Below are positions 28,074-37,900 of a stretch of 39,255 nucleotides of DNA, in pieces; the first letter of the stretch is position 1; each line of letters opens with the position of its first letter. Source of the DNA: Mucilaginibacter sp. (GTDB lineage: Bacteria > Bacteroidota > Bacteroidia > Sphingobacteriales > Sphingobacteriaceae); the NCBI GenBank assembly GCA_039918195.1, contig JBDSIC010000049.1, positions 1 to 39,255 on the forward strand, read 5' to 3'. Under the pieces are notes generated by a model that saw only the letters and a program-made list of their open reading frames with translations, was not told the DNA's origin and made no database searches. Position numbers and translations under genes: made by a program.

Positions 28074-28283
28074 CTACTTTTCGTTTTCGATTTTTTTTAA
28101 TCTTTTATCGATAGCAAAAAGATAAATGGCCAAACCGATGAAAACTATGGTAAGCGTTGACACGACAACGTATATCCCGCCCGATTTGCGCAGGGCATCG
28201 GCCATTTCTACATCGCTGCCTTTTTGTGCAAAAACTGTGGTAAAGGTTAGCAGCAGGATTATAAGGGTAAAAAGTCTTTTCAT
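28074..28283 (-). CDS. ccmD: CcmD-family small membrane protein
   Basis: 69 aa directly after ccmC; TM segment then a basic tail (IDKRLKKIE). Confidence 0.75.
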   Translation of the reverse strand: MKRLFTLIILLLTFTTVFAQKGSDVEMADALRKSGGIYVVVSTLTIVFIGLAIYLFAIDKRLKKIENEK

Positions 28284-28284
28284 G

Positions 28285-28959
28285 TTAGTTTATACTATTC
28301 TTTTTGTATTCTATCAGTCTTATACGGTAGCGTATGGTGGCTACCCAGGCGCCAAATAAACTCCAGCCAATAAAGGCCGGGTATAATACCATGCGCATGA
28401 TATTATCCATGTCCAGCTTACCAAAAGCCGGGTTGCCCCCATTGCCGGGATGTAACGAATCTTTCATGCGTGGCAGTACCATGATCAGTACGATCATTAT
28501 CGGGAAGGCGAAAATATTATAGATAGCAGATATTTTTGCCCGTTTTTGTTCTTCATCGATAGCATTACGTAACACCAAATAAGCACAGTATAGCAGAAAT
28601 GCTATGGCAGCGCTGTCCTGTTTCGGATCGCCGCTCCAGTATTCGCCCCAGGTAAACTTGGCCCATATCATGCCGGTTATTAAGCCCAATACAAAGAAGA
28701 ACACACCTACATTGGCGCTTTCTACGGCAATCAGGTCGAACTTTTCGTCGCCTGTTCTTAAATATTTAATGCTGTAAATAACCGAAATGGTAAATACCGT
28801 GAACATGGCCATCCACATGGGTACATGGAAGTAAGTATTCCGTATGGTTTCGTGCAGGATAAACAAACGCGGTACATCCAGCAAAAAGCCGGCTACCAGC
28901 GTATATAATATGATCGCGACAGCTAAATACTTCCACCAGGATTGGTATATGAACTTCAT
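28285..28959 (-). CDS. ccmC: Heme exporter protein CcmC
   Basis: YFHVP, WWD-type motif WAKFTWGEYWSGDPK, SLHP; ATG 28959 lies downstream of -7 box TACATTTG (28985-28978). Confidence 0.9.
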   Translation of the reverse strand: MKFIYQSWWKYLAVAIILYTLVAGFLLDVPRLFILHETIRNTYFHVPMWMAMFTVFTISVIYSIKYLRTGDEKFDLIAVESANVGVFFFVLGLITGMIWAKFTWGEYWSGDPKQDSAAIAFLLYCAYLVLRNAIDEEQKRAKISAIYNIFAFPIMIVLIMVLPRMKDSLHPGNGGNPAFGKLDMDNIMRMVLYPAFIGWSLFGAWVATIRYRIRLIEYKKNSIN

Positions 28960-28990
28960 AATAGTTTTTTGTGAGGGCAAATGTAGTAAT

Positions 28991-29117
28991 TAGTTGATTA
29001 GGTTGATTGGGTGAGTAGTTGATTGAGCTATTTTTCCCATTAGTCAGCTTATGCAGCAGTTAATTAAGTTTATTTCCAACTACTCACCTAATCAACTTGA
29101 TCCAACTTAATCAACTA
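28991..29117. repeat. Inverted ~9-mer tandem arrays (AGTTGATTA / TAATCAACT)
   Basis: Arms at 28991-29027 and 29077-29117 share GGTGAGTAGTTG / CAACTACTCACC. Confidence 0.8.
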
Positions 29118-29121
29118 AAAA

Positions 29122-30333
29122 TTAGTCTCCCGGCACATAATCAACCGGCAGTAATTCGGCCAGCTTGGCTTTTGACCAGGTGCCTTCATATAGCGGGGGA
29201 TCGCCCAAAACAGTACCGTTCATATCAAAATATATGTAGGGGTTGAATAATGTGATCACCGTTGTTTCAAAATTTTCCATATCCAGCGGGCGGTACAGGT
29301 CTTTAAAATTAGTTTCCTCGTGCTTTTTAGTATACATCACATACAGGTATTTATCTGCCCCAAGCGCGTATACCCCCGGTTGTTCTACCCTGAATAATAT
29401 ATCGTAAGTTTTTAATGGCTCGCGCACCAGGTTCTCGTGATAATATTTGGGCAACGCCGCCAACCGCGCCCAGTAATTAATTGAATCGGGCATATTTTTA
29501 AACTGTTTGAATTTCTTTTGCACTAAAGATTCCGGCGGCCTTTCGGGGTTCAGCTCGCGGTTAAATCTTCTTACTACAAAACCTTCGCTGTCCATATTCC
29601 CGGTATACAAGGCCCTGTAAAAGTGCCGGGCCGAGCCGTAGTAGGCCGCATCGCGCTTTTCGCGCCATTTCTTTTTTTGCGACGCGCTGCCGGGCAACTC
29701 TTCAAAAAGCGCCTTTCCCTAGTACGCTATGATGCCGGATATTTTATCGCTTTTAAAATCATTAACCAAGTACTTTACCCTATAACCCAGCGCCCTGTTC
29801 TCTACCACCAAAAACTCATCTGCATAAGCCTCCAGCAAACGTTTGGATCCGTAATAGGCCAGCGTAAGCACCCGCGGGTTTATCACCTTGCACTTTTTAG
29901 AGTTCTCTGATTCGCCGATGAACTCCTTTTTAAATTGCGCGTAATTCTTTTTCCAGTCGGCATTGGTGGTGATAACTACCGCGCGCAGTTCGGTGATTTT
30001 TGGCATCAACTCAATGTCCAGCCTCAACACATCTGCGTTAACCATTACGGTTTGCACATGGTCTTCAAACCCTACATTAGTTACTACCAGCTGGTACTGT
30101 CCGGGTTTTACATTGCGCAGGGTGAAGCTACCGTCGTTTTCGGTAATAGTACCAAAAGTGGCGTTGCTTAAAAAAACACTGGCTTTTGCAAGCGGGATAT
30201 TACCTGCTTTGCTGACTACCTTGCCGGTAATGGTGCCATTTTGCGCAAAGGCCGTAATAGTAATAAACAACAATATGATGCCTGTAAGTAAGGCCCGCCC
30301 GCCCCGCCCTGCACAAAATATCAATCGCGCCAT
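29122..30333 (-). pseudogene. Secreted carboxypeptidase-regulatory-like domain protein interrupted by one in-frame TAG (29721-29719)
   Basis: Signal peptide + ITGKV...ASVFL...GT...DG.F.L; frame reads IAY*GKALFEELPG straight into the 29697 ORF. Confidence 0.8.
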
Positions 30334-31004
30334 AAATAAGGAAAGAGTAGTAAAGATGTGGCGATAACAATAGCATTTATAGCCAGCAGTACACCTATAT
30401 GGCCGTAACTCAAACTACGGTCCAGCCCGTCCATGGCATTTTTACTGAAGCGTATAAGTATAAGTATAACCGGAATTATTACCGGGAAGCTAAGTATAGC
30501 CATCAAGGTACCGTTGTTGCCCGCTTTTGAGGCGATGGCCGATATCATGGTAAATACAGTTGAAAAGCTGATGCTGCCCATTATAACTGCCAAAAAGTAG
30601 ATAAGCGGATCGCCTACGGTATTGGTAAAAAACAGCGCATAAATAATGATGGCCAATATGCTGAGCAAACTCATCAGCAATATATTATAAATAGTTTTTG
30701 ACAGGATAATGGCCTGCGGACTGGCTATGGAATAATAATACAGCAAGCGGCTCCTGTTTTCCTGCATAAAGCTTTTGGCAATAGCGTTAACCGAAGCAAA
30801 TAACATGATGATCCAGAACAGTACATTCCATACCACCGGGTAACTTGCAGTACCGCTAAAACCACCGTTAAGGTTAAATGAGATATAGCAAATGAACACA
30901 GTAGAAACCACGTATAACAACACCCCGTTGAAGGCGTATTTTGAACGCCATTCAAGTAATATCTCTTTTTTAAGGAGGTTAAGTGTTTGTTTGTAGAGTT
31001 GCAT
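30321..31004 (-). CDS. ccmB: Heme exporter protein CcmB
   Basis: KEILLEWR, LMAILSFPVIIP, six TM segments; -7 box TATATTTG at 31017-31010. Confidence 0.9.
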   Translation of the reverse strand: MQLYKQTLNLLKKEILLEWRSKYAFNGVLLYVVSTVFICYISFNLNGGFSGTASYPVVWNVLFWIIMLFASVNAIAKSFMQENRSRLLYYYSIASPQAIILSKTIYNILLMSLLSILAIIIYALFFTNTVGDPLIYFLAVIMGSISFSTVFTMISAIASKAGNNGTLMAILSFPVIIPVILILIRFSKNAMDGLDRSLSYGHIGVLLAINAIVIATSLLLFPYLWRD

Positions 31005-31020
31005 TGTTGCAAATATAAGG

Positions 31021-31059
31021 TCTTAACCTTGATTTTCCTGATTTAAGGATTTACAGGGA
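31021..31059. repeat. Lone arm of a GATTT-based ~9-mer array
   Basis: CCTTGATTT TCCTGATTT AAGGATTT ACAGG. Confidence 0.45.
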
Positions 31060-31103
31060 AATTTAACATATAACTTCTCCGCACTAAACTGTATTTTTAC
31101 CTC

Positions 31104-31589
31104 ATGCCTGTGAATTATTACCGTACCCCCGTAGGTATCGCCCGAATTATTGAAGAGGATGGCTTTATCGCTTCCATATCCATACGTGACGAGGAACTGG
31201 AGGAAACTGAGCCGGAAACACCGCTGTTAAAAACCGTAGCCACACAGTTTGATGAATATTTTGCAGGTAGCAGAAAAGTATTTGATTTCCCGATAAAGCA
31301 GCATGGCACCGTGTTTCAACAGGAAGTTTGGCGGCATTTGCTTCAGATTCCCTACGGCATTACGATGAGTTATGCCGCGCTGTCAAACCAAATGAAAAAC
31401 CCTTTGGCTATACGTGCCATAGCAGCCGCCAATGGAAAAAATAATTTATGGGTTGTAGTGCCCTGCCACCGCGTTATCGGGTCGGACGGTAGCCTTACCG
31501 GCTATGCCGGCGGCCTGTGGCGCAAACAATGGCTACTGGAGCATGAAGCCCGTGTAGCCGGCACCGGCCAAACTAAACTGGCTTTTTAA
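31104..31589 (+). CDS. ogt: Methylated-DNA-protein-cysteine methyltransferase
   Basis: GTVFQQEVW, IPYG, PCHRVIG...LTGYAGG...K.WLL.HE. Confidence 0.95.
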   Translation: MPVNYYRTPVGIARIIEEDGFIASISIRDEELEETEPETPLLKTVATQFDEYFAGSRKVFDFPIKQHGTVFQQEVWRHLLQIPYGITMSYAALSNQMKNPLAIRAIAAANGKNNLWVVVPCHRVIGSDGSLTGYAGGLWRKQWLLEHEARVAGTGQTKLAF

Positions 31590-33522
31590 CTGGGTTACTG
31601 TTTAACCACTTGCTCATCTTTTCGTGTAACTGATATGGCTGAAACGGCTTTGATAGTACATCGTTCATACCTGCGGCTAAAGCTTCGTGTTTTTCGGCAT
31701 CTAAAGTGGCTGCTGACAGGGAAATAATAGGTATACTCCGCTTAGGTTCGTCCATTTCAACCCGTATTACGCGGGCTGCCTGGTAGCCATCCATTTCTGG
31801 CATATGGGTATCCATTAATACAAGGTCGTAATCATTCTGCTGTAGTTTCTCAATAACCTTACGGCCATTATCTATCACTTCAACAGCTACATTCCAGTCC
31901 TTTAATATCTTGGTTATCATAAACTGGTTCACCACATTATCTTCGGCTACGAGTACGCTTACGTTGATGAACGGGGCCAGCTTATCTACCGGTGCCGAAG
32001 GTTTTTCCTTTGGCTCGGCGGCCAGTGTAAACCAGTTGGCAAATCTGAATTCGCTTCCTTCGTTTATTTTACTTTTCACGTCAATTTCGCCGCCCTTTAA
32101 CTCAACCAGTTTTTTTACGATAGCCAGCCCCAGCCCCGTACCGCCATATTTTATAGAAGTATCATCTTCAGCCTGCTCAAACGAATCAAATATCTTAGCA
32201 AGATGCGCCTTGGCAATGCCTATACCGCTATCATGTATGCAAAATTCCAGTTTAACCTTGTCCCGGTGCTTTTGTATGGGTTTTACCGATAGTTTTACAA
32301 AACCCCTGTCGGTAAATTTTATAGCATTGCTTAGCAAATTCATCAGTACCTGGTTAAGGCGCAGCGAATCAACCATTATGTATTTAGGCACATCGGTGTC
32401 CATATCCAATATGAAATCGATGTTTTTTTCGTCGGCCTTAAATTTCAGCAGGCCAAAAACCGACCGGATAATATCATGCAGGTTATTTACCGAACGTACT
32501 ATACTTAGTTTACCGGCCTCTATCTTTGATATATCAAGCACATCATTTACTACCCCTAATAACGACTGTGAAGAAACCTCCAGCAAATTAAGCAGGTTTA
32601 ACTGCTGCTCGTTCATTTCGGTTTTGCGCAGTAAACCGGCTATACCTAAAATGCCAATGATAGGCGTGCGCAACTCATGGCTCATGTTGGCCAAAAATGT
32701 TTCCTTAATTTTACGGGCCTGCTCGGCTGCGTCTTTTGATTTAATGAGCTGCTGCTCGTAACTTTTTTGCGGCGAGATGTCGTTGATGTTGACGAATAAG
32801 ATTTTATTACGATAAGCTACCCGGCACTCGGCCCAAATAATGGTTTTGCTAAACGTTTCAAACTCAAACTCAAATACCGAAAAAGTGAGGTTATCCTTTA
32901 TAATACCACCTAATTTTTCGCGGAACGAAGACCTGTTTTTTCCGATCACCCTATCAATAATGCTGGTCCCCACCAGGTCCTCGGCCTTATAACCCAGTAT
33001 TTTTTCAACGGCAGGATTAATGGTTTGTATGCTCAGGTCCTGGGCGCTAACCACGCAAATAATATCGGCCGAGTTACGCACTACCGTAGCAAAATCTTGT
33101 AACTCTTCGTTCTTTTGCTTTACATCTTCCTGGGTACGGGCTAATTGTATAAAGGCATCAACCTTTGCCGAGGTGATATACGGGTCGAGCGGTTTGTACA
33201 GGTAATCAACCGCGCCTGCACCGAAACCTTTCACCGCATATTTTGCTTCCTTTGATATCGCGGTAACAAAAATCACCATGATATCCCTGGTACGTGGGTT
33301 TGATTTCAGCATTTCCACCAGTTCAAAACCATCCATTTCGGGCATTTGCACATCCACAAGGGCTATAGAAATATTGTTTTCCCAGGCAATTTTAAGCGCA
33401 TCATTTGGTGAGGTTGTGGAGTACATCCGTATATCATCACGCGTTAGCAATGCCTCTAACGCAATGATGTTTTCTTCTCTGTCATCAACAATAAGAATGT
33501 TAACAGGGGTCGTGTTTTTCAT
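31573..33522 (-). CDS. Hybrid histidine kinase REC-PAS-HisKA-HATPase-REC
   Basis: ILIVDD/LVDVQMP, PAS (INPAVEKILGY), FLANMSHELRTP, NLLSNAIKFT, GGTGLGL, LMDTHMP. Confidence 0.93.
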   Translation of the reverse strand: MKNTTPVNILIVDDREENIIALEALLTRDDIRMYSTTSPNDALKIAWENNISIALVDVQMPEMDGFELVEMLKSNPRTRDIMVIFVTAISKEAKYAVKGFGAGAVDYLYKPLDPYITSAKVDAFIQLARTQEDVKQKNEELQDFATVVRNSADIICVVSAQDLSIQTINPAVEKILGYKAEDLVGTSIIDRVIGKNRSSFREKLGGIIKDNLTFSVFEFEFETFSKTIIWAECRVAYRNKILFVNINDISPQKSYEQQLIKSKDAAEQARKIKETFLANMSHELRTPIIGILGIAGLLRKTEMNEQQLNLLNLLEVSSQSLLGVVNDVLDISKIEAGKLSIVRSVNNLHDIIRSVFGLLKFKADEKNIDFILDMDTDVPKYIMVDSLRLNQVLMNLLSNAIKFTDRGFVKLSVKPIQKHRDKVKLEFCIHDSGIGIAKAHLAKIFDSFEQAEDDTSIKYGGTGLGLAIVKKLVELKGGEIDVKSKINEGSEFRFANWFTLAAEPKEKPSAPVDKLAPFINVSVLVAEDNVVNQFMITKILKDWNVAVEVIDNGRKVIEKLQQNDYDLVLMDTHMPEMDGYQAARVIRVEMDEPKRSIPIISLSAATLDAEKHEALAAGMNDVLSKPFQPYQLHEKMSKWLNSNPVKKPV

Positions 33523-33542
33523 GTAATGGGTAGTTGCTGCAA

Positions 33543-34130
33543 TTATGCTTTTATCAGCTCTAAAATGTCATCAGTACTTAAAATGTATTCGGCCGCGTAA
33601 ATATTTATGGCTGATTGTGGCATCTCGGTCATTTCAGCATCCTTCGGATCCTGAACAATGGCGAGTCCTCCACTATCCCTTACTTTTAATAATCCTTCTG
33701 CACCGTCCTGGTTGGCACCTGAAAATAATATGGCGGCACAGCGCTCCTTGTATAACTCGGCAGCGCTTTCAAATGTTACATCAATAGATGGCTTTGAATA
33801 CCATATCGCCTCGGATACATCTAAACTAAAATATCCCCCTTTTTCAATTAACGTGTGATAATTTGCGGGTGCGATATATATCGTGTTAGTGTTCAACACA
33901 TCTTTATCACTGATCTCTTTTAACCGTATACGAGAATGATCACCAAACAGTTTTTCAACTTCGCTAAAAAAATTCTTTTTCCGGTGCATGATTATGATCA
34001 CCGTTTTATTGATGGTTGGCGAGATGTTTTTTACGATTTGAAAGAACAGCTTAAATGAACCCGCAGAACCGCCTAACAACAAAATGTCAGTGTCGTGCCA
34101 TCGTTTCAATATGTCGGGGTTAAAAGGCAA
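33543..34130 (-). CDS. cheB: CheB-type methylesterase (catalytic domain only)
   Basis: GGSAG, MHR, APANYH, KPSIDVTFES, SGANQDGAEG; no REC domain. Confidence 0.88.
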   Translation of the reverse strand: MPFNPDILKRWHDTDILLLGGSAGSFKLFFQIVKNISPTINKTVIIIMHRKKNFFSEVEKLFGDHSRIRLKEISDKDVLNTNTIYIAPANYHTLIEKGGYFSLDVSEAIWYSKPSIDVTFESAAELYKERCAAILFSGANQDGAEGLLKVRDSGGLAIVQDPKDAEMTEMPQSAINIYAAEYILSTDDILELIKA

Positions 34131-34950
34131 TTTTTTGGTATATATTTTCCTTACTGTTCACCACTTTAAACTTCTTACGAAAAACCTCGGACCGGATTGT
34201 CTCTTTTGAACCGAGGCATAAAAACCCATGCGGCGAAAGGCTGTTATAAAATAGGTCAAGTATTCTTTCCTGTAAAGGGTTTTCAAAATAAATGAACACA
34301 TTACGGCAGCTTATAAACTGAAACTCATTAAACACACCGTCAGACACTAAGTTATGTACAGAGAATAGGGTATTTTGCTTTAGCTCGCTGTGAATAGTGG
34401 CTGCATCATACATTATGGTAAAATGATCTGTTATAGACCCTTTTAAACCCGTATACTGGTAGTTTTCAGCATAGCTTTTTATTTTACGAAAACTGTATAT
34501 GCCCTTGCGCGACTCCTTTAAAACCTCGGTATTAATGTCGGTACCGTAAATAAAGGATTTTTTTTTGATGCCCGACTCGTGCATTAATATGGCTAGCGAA
34601 TAAACTTCCTCCCCGGTTGAGCAGCCCGCGCTCCACATTTTTATATGCTGATAGCTGGACAGGTATGGAATTACCTGGTTACACAAGGCTTTGTAAAACG
34701 AAGGGTCGCGAAACATCTCTGTTACGTTCACCGTTATTTCCTCCAAAAAATGCTGAAAGAACTCTCCATCATTCACCAGCCGGTGTTTCAGATCATAAAA
34801 CTCCAGTTTTTTAAGCTGCATGATACGGGTTATCCGCCTTTTTAACGATGCTTTGCTATAATCGCCAAAATCAAAACCGTGCGCGCCTTTTACAAGGTTC
34901 ACCAATTCGTCTGTCTGCTCAGATGTTATACCGCTTATAAGGCCTTTCAT
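34120..34950 (-). CDS. cheR: CheR-type protein-glutamate methyltransferase
   Basis: TVNVTEMFRD, WSAGCSTGEEVYS, GTDIN, CRNVFIYF, LCLGSKE. Confidence 0.93.
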   Translation of the reverse strand: MKGLISGITSEQTDELVNLVKGAHGFDFGDYSKASLKRRITRIMQLKKLEFYDLKHRLVNDGEFFQHFLEEITVNVTEMFRDPSFYKALCNQVIPYLSSYQHIKMWSAGCSTGEEVYSLAILMHESGIKKKSFIYGTDINTEVLKESRKGIYSFRKIKSYAENYQYTGLKGSITDHFTIMYDAATIHSELKQNTLFSVHNLVSDGVFNEFQFISCRNVFIYFENPLQERILDLFYNSLSPHGFLCLGSKETIRSEVFRKKFKVVNSKENIYQKIAF

Positions 34951-34952
34951 AG

Positions 34953-37900
34953 TTAATTATCCAACCACAGCTGCATTAAAGCGATAAGCCTGTCCATATC
35001 AACCGGTTTAGTAATATAATCATTGGCGCCGGCCGCTATGCATTTTTCCCTGTCGTCCTTCATCGCTTTTGCTGTTAAGGCTATTACAGGTAACTTGGCC
35101 CATTTGTTTTGCTTCCTGATATTGCGGGTGGCCTCGTAACCATCCATTTTAGGCATCATAATATCCATCAGCACAATATTCACATCCGTTACTTCTTCCA
35201 GTTTTGCCAAAGCCTCTTCACCATCGCTGGCTATTTCAACCACCATATCATAACTCTGCAGCGCGCTGCTCAGCGCGAAGATGTTACGCATATCATCATC
35301 CACTATCAGCACTTTCCGGCCTTTCAGGGTTTCTTTGCCCTTTGAGGTTGTTTTTGTTTTTGCTGATGTATTATCAACCGGCTCTGCGGTTTCTGCTATT
35401 TTGTTCAGGAAAAGGTTAACCTCATCTATCAGCCTGTCGGATGATTTGCTGGTTTTTATTACCATGGCATTGGCATACTGCATCAGCCTGGCAACCGAGG
35501 TTTTATCCAGTTCCATTGCGGTATTAACAATCACCGGCAGTTCAAGGAATTTTTCAACCGCCTTTATCTTATCCAACAGGTCTAGCCCGGATATATCGGG
35601 CAGGTTAATATCCAGTATCACGCACTGGTATTCGCTCTCATTCAGCATCCTGAAAGCCGATTCGCCGTCAAAAGCCTGGTCTACCGTAATACCCTGCGAT
35701 TCCATCATATCTTTTAATGCCTGGCTTTGCGCCTGGTGGTCTTCCACCAGCAGTATCTGTTTAAATTTAGAGCCGCTTTGCTGCATCATATCATTAAACA
35801 GCTTGTCGAGCGCGTTGGTATCTATCGGCTTTTTAATAAAGCTGATGGCACCTTCGCGGCGTACACGGTTTGCTGCAGCATCACCGGCAGACATCAGGTG
35901 AACAGGGATATGCATGGTTTCGCTATCCTGTTTCAGTTCTTTAAGTATTTGCCACCCATCCTTGCCCGGCAGCATAATATCCAGTATCACCGCATCAGGC
36001 TGAGTTTCTTTGATGATCTGTGCAGCGTTGGTGCCTTCGTTAATTACAGTGGATTCGTAACCGTGGTCGCGGGCGTAATCCTTAAGTATATCGGCAAAGT
36101 TCTTGTCATCCTCTACTATTACCACGCGTGGCTCGGTATTTCTGCCCGGAACCCTTTTTGCCGGCGCTAAAACCTGCTGATGCTGCGGTATAAATGTTTC
36201 GGCAGTGGCAATAACATCTTCACTCACAACCACTTTAGCTTTAAACGGAATGGTAAGCGTAAACTCGCTGCCCTGGCCCGGCTCGCTGGTAAGCGATATG
36301 GTACCGCCCAGCAGGAAGGCAAGTTCGCGGCTGATGGATAAGCCCAGACCCGTACCGCCATACTTACGGCTGGTTGAACCATCTGCCTGCTGGAAGGCAT
36401 CAAATATTTGCTTTTGCTTGTCATAAGCGATACCGATGCCCGAGTCTTTTACATGGAAACTAATCTTTTGGGTGCCCGTTTCGGCAGTTGCAGTAATAGA
36501 TATAGTACCATGTTCGGAGGTAAACTTGAACGCATTAGAAAGCAGGTTTTTCAGCACCTGTTCAACCCTTAATTTATCAGTGTATATATAGGCCGGCGTA
36601 TTGGCCACGTTGGTGGTAAAGGTTATTTTTTTATTAGCGGCCACTTCTGCAAACAACATTTCCATGTCGCCTAACATATCGGCCACTTTGGTATCCTCGT
36701 TCTGCATTTCCAGCTTGCCCGATTCAATTTTCGACAAATCGAGGATGTCATTGATCAGCGTGAGCAGATCGTTACCGGCATTAAATATAACGCTGGCATA
36801 TTTTATCTGGTCTACAGAAAGGTTCTCGTACTTATTATCCTTTAAAATACGTGCCAGCACCAATATACTGTTAAGCGGCGTGCGCAGCTCGTGGCTCATA
36901 TTGGCTAAAAACTCTGATTTATATTTGCCGGTAGTTTCCAGTTCCTTAACCTTAAGGTTAATTGCGGCGCGGGCCTCCTCAATGGCCTGGTTCTTTTCTT
37001 CAAGCAGGCTGGCTTTTTCTTCCAGTTCGGCATTTATCGCCCGCAGTTCTTCCTGCTGCGCCTTCAACTCTTCTTCTGATGACTGCAGCATATCTGTTTT
37101 GGTCATCAGTTCTTCGTTGGTTACACGCATTTCTTCCTGCTGTGCTTCCAGTTCTTCGGCCTGTTGCTGTACCTCTTCAAACAGGTCCTGCATAATGGTA
37201 CGCGCCTGGGCAGTATTTATAGCAATACCGATATAATTACTTACCGCAGCAACATATTCACGCGATATATCAGTCATCTGGCCGCTGTATGCTAACTCAA
37301 TAACGCCTTTTAATTTCTTGTCGTAAAAAAAAGGTGCTATAAAGCTTTCTACCAGTTCGCCCTGTAAAACTGATGTAGTAAGTGACAGTTTATCATTCAG
37401 CTTGCCTTTAACCAGTTTAGTTTGATGATCGCTGGCCACCTGGCCCAAAACGCCTTCTGATAATTTGATGTGCTTCTTTACCTGGTCCGGATCATGAAAT
37501 GCATGTATAGCCGATAACACCAGCTGTTCAGAAGTTTCATCGTACAAGTAAAGAGTACCTGTTGCGGCATTGGTGTATTTGCATAACTTGCCTAAAATAT
37601 TTCCGGCCAACTCTTTTTCATCCTGTTGCCCCTGCATCCGCTCATTAAGCAGCCGCGTACCGGTTAGCAGCCAGTTTTTCGATTCGTTTTCGCCTAATAC
37701 CCGGCTTAATTCCACATTAGCCGCAGTTACTTCGGCTTCAATTTTCTTTTGCGCGGCAAAAGTGCGCTGTATGTAATAGAATAAAATAATAATGATGATA
37801 AGGAATATCGCCGAGCCGGTTACAATAATAAATGTCGTTCTAAGCGCTGCCGAGCGGGTGCTGGCCTGCCTTGACGCCAGCAAATTTTCTTCGGTGCTTG

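Noticed and set aside
7119-29117. Tandem arrays as CRISPR or guide-RNA arrays
   Set aside because: Units are 6-9 nt with no unique spacers between them, arrays are under 45 nt, and no cas genes are present.
31910-37236. Long antisense ORFs (31910-32761, 35281-35901, 36601-37236; also 15852-16451, 2316-2780)
   Set aside because: They are shadows of well-supported genes on the opposite strand, with Ser-rich, motif-less translations.
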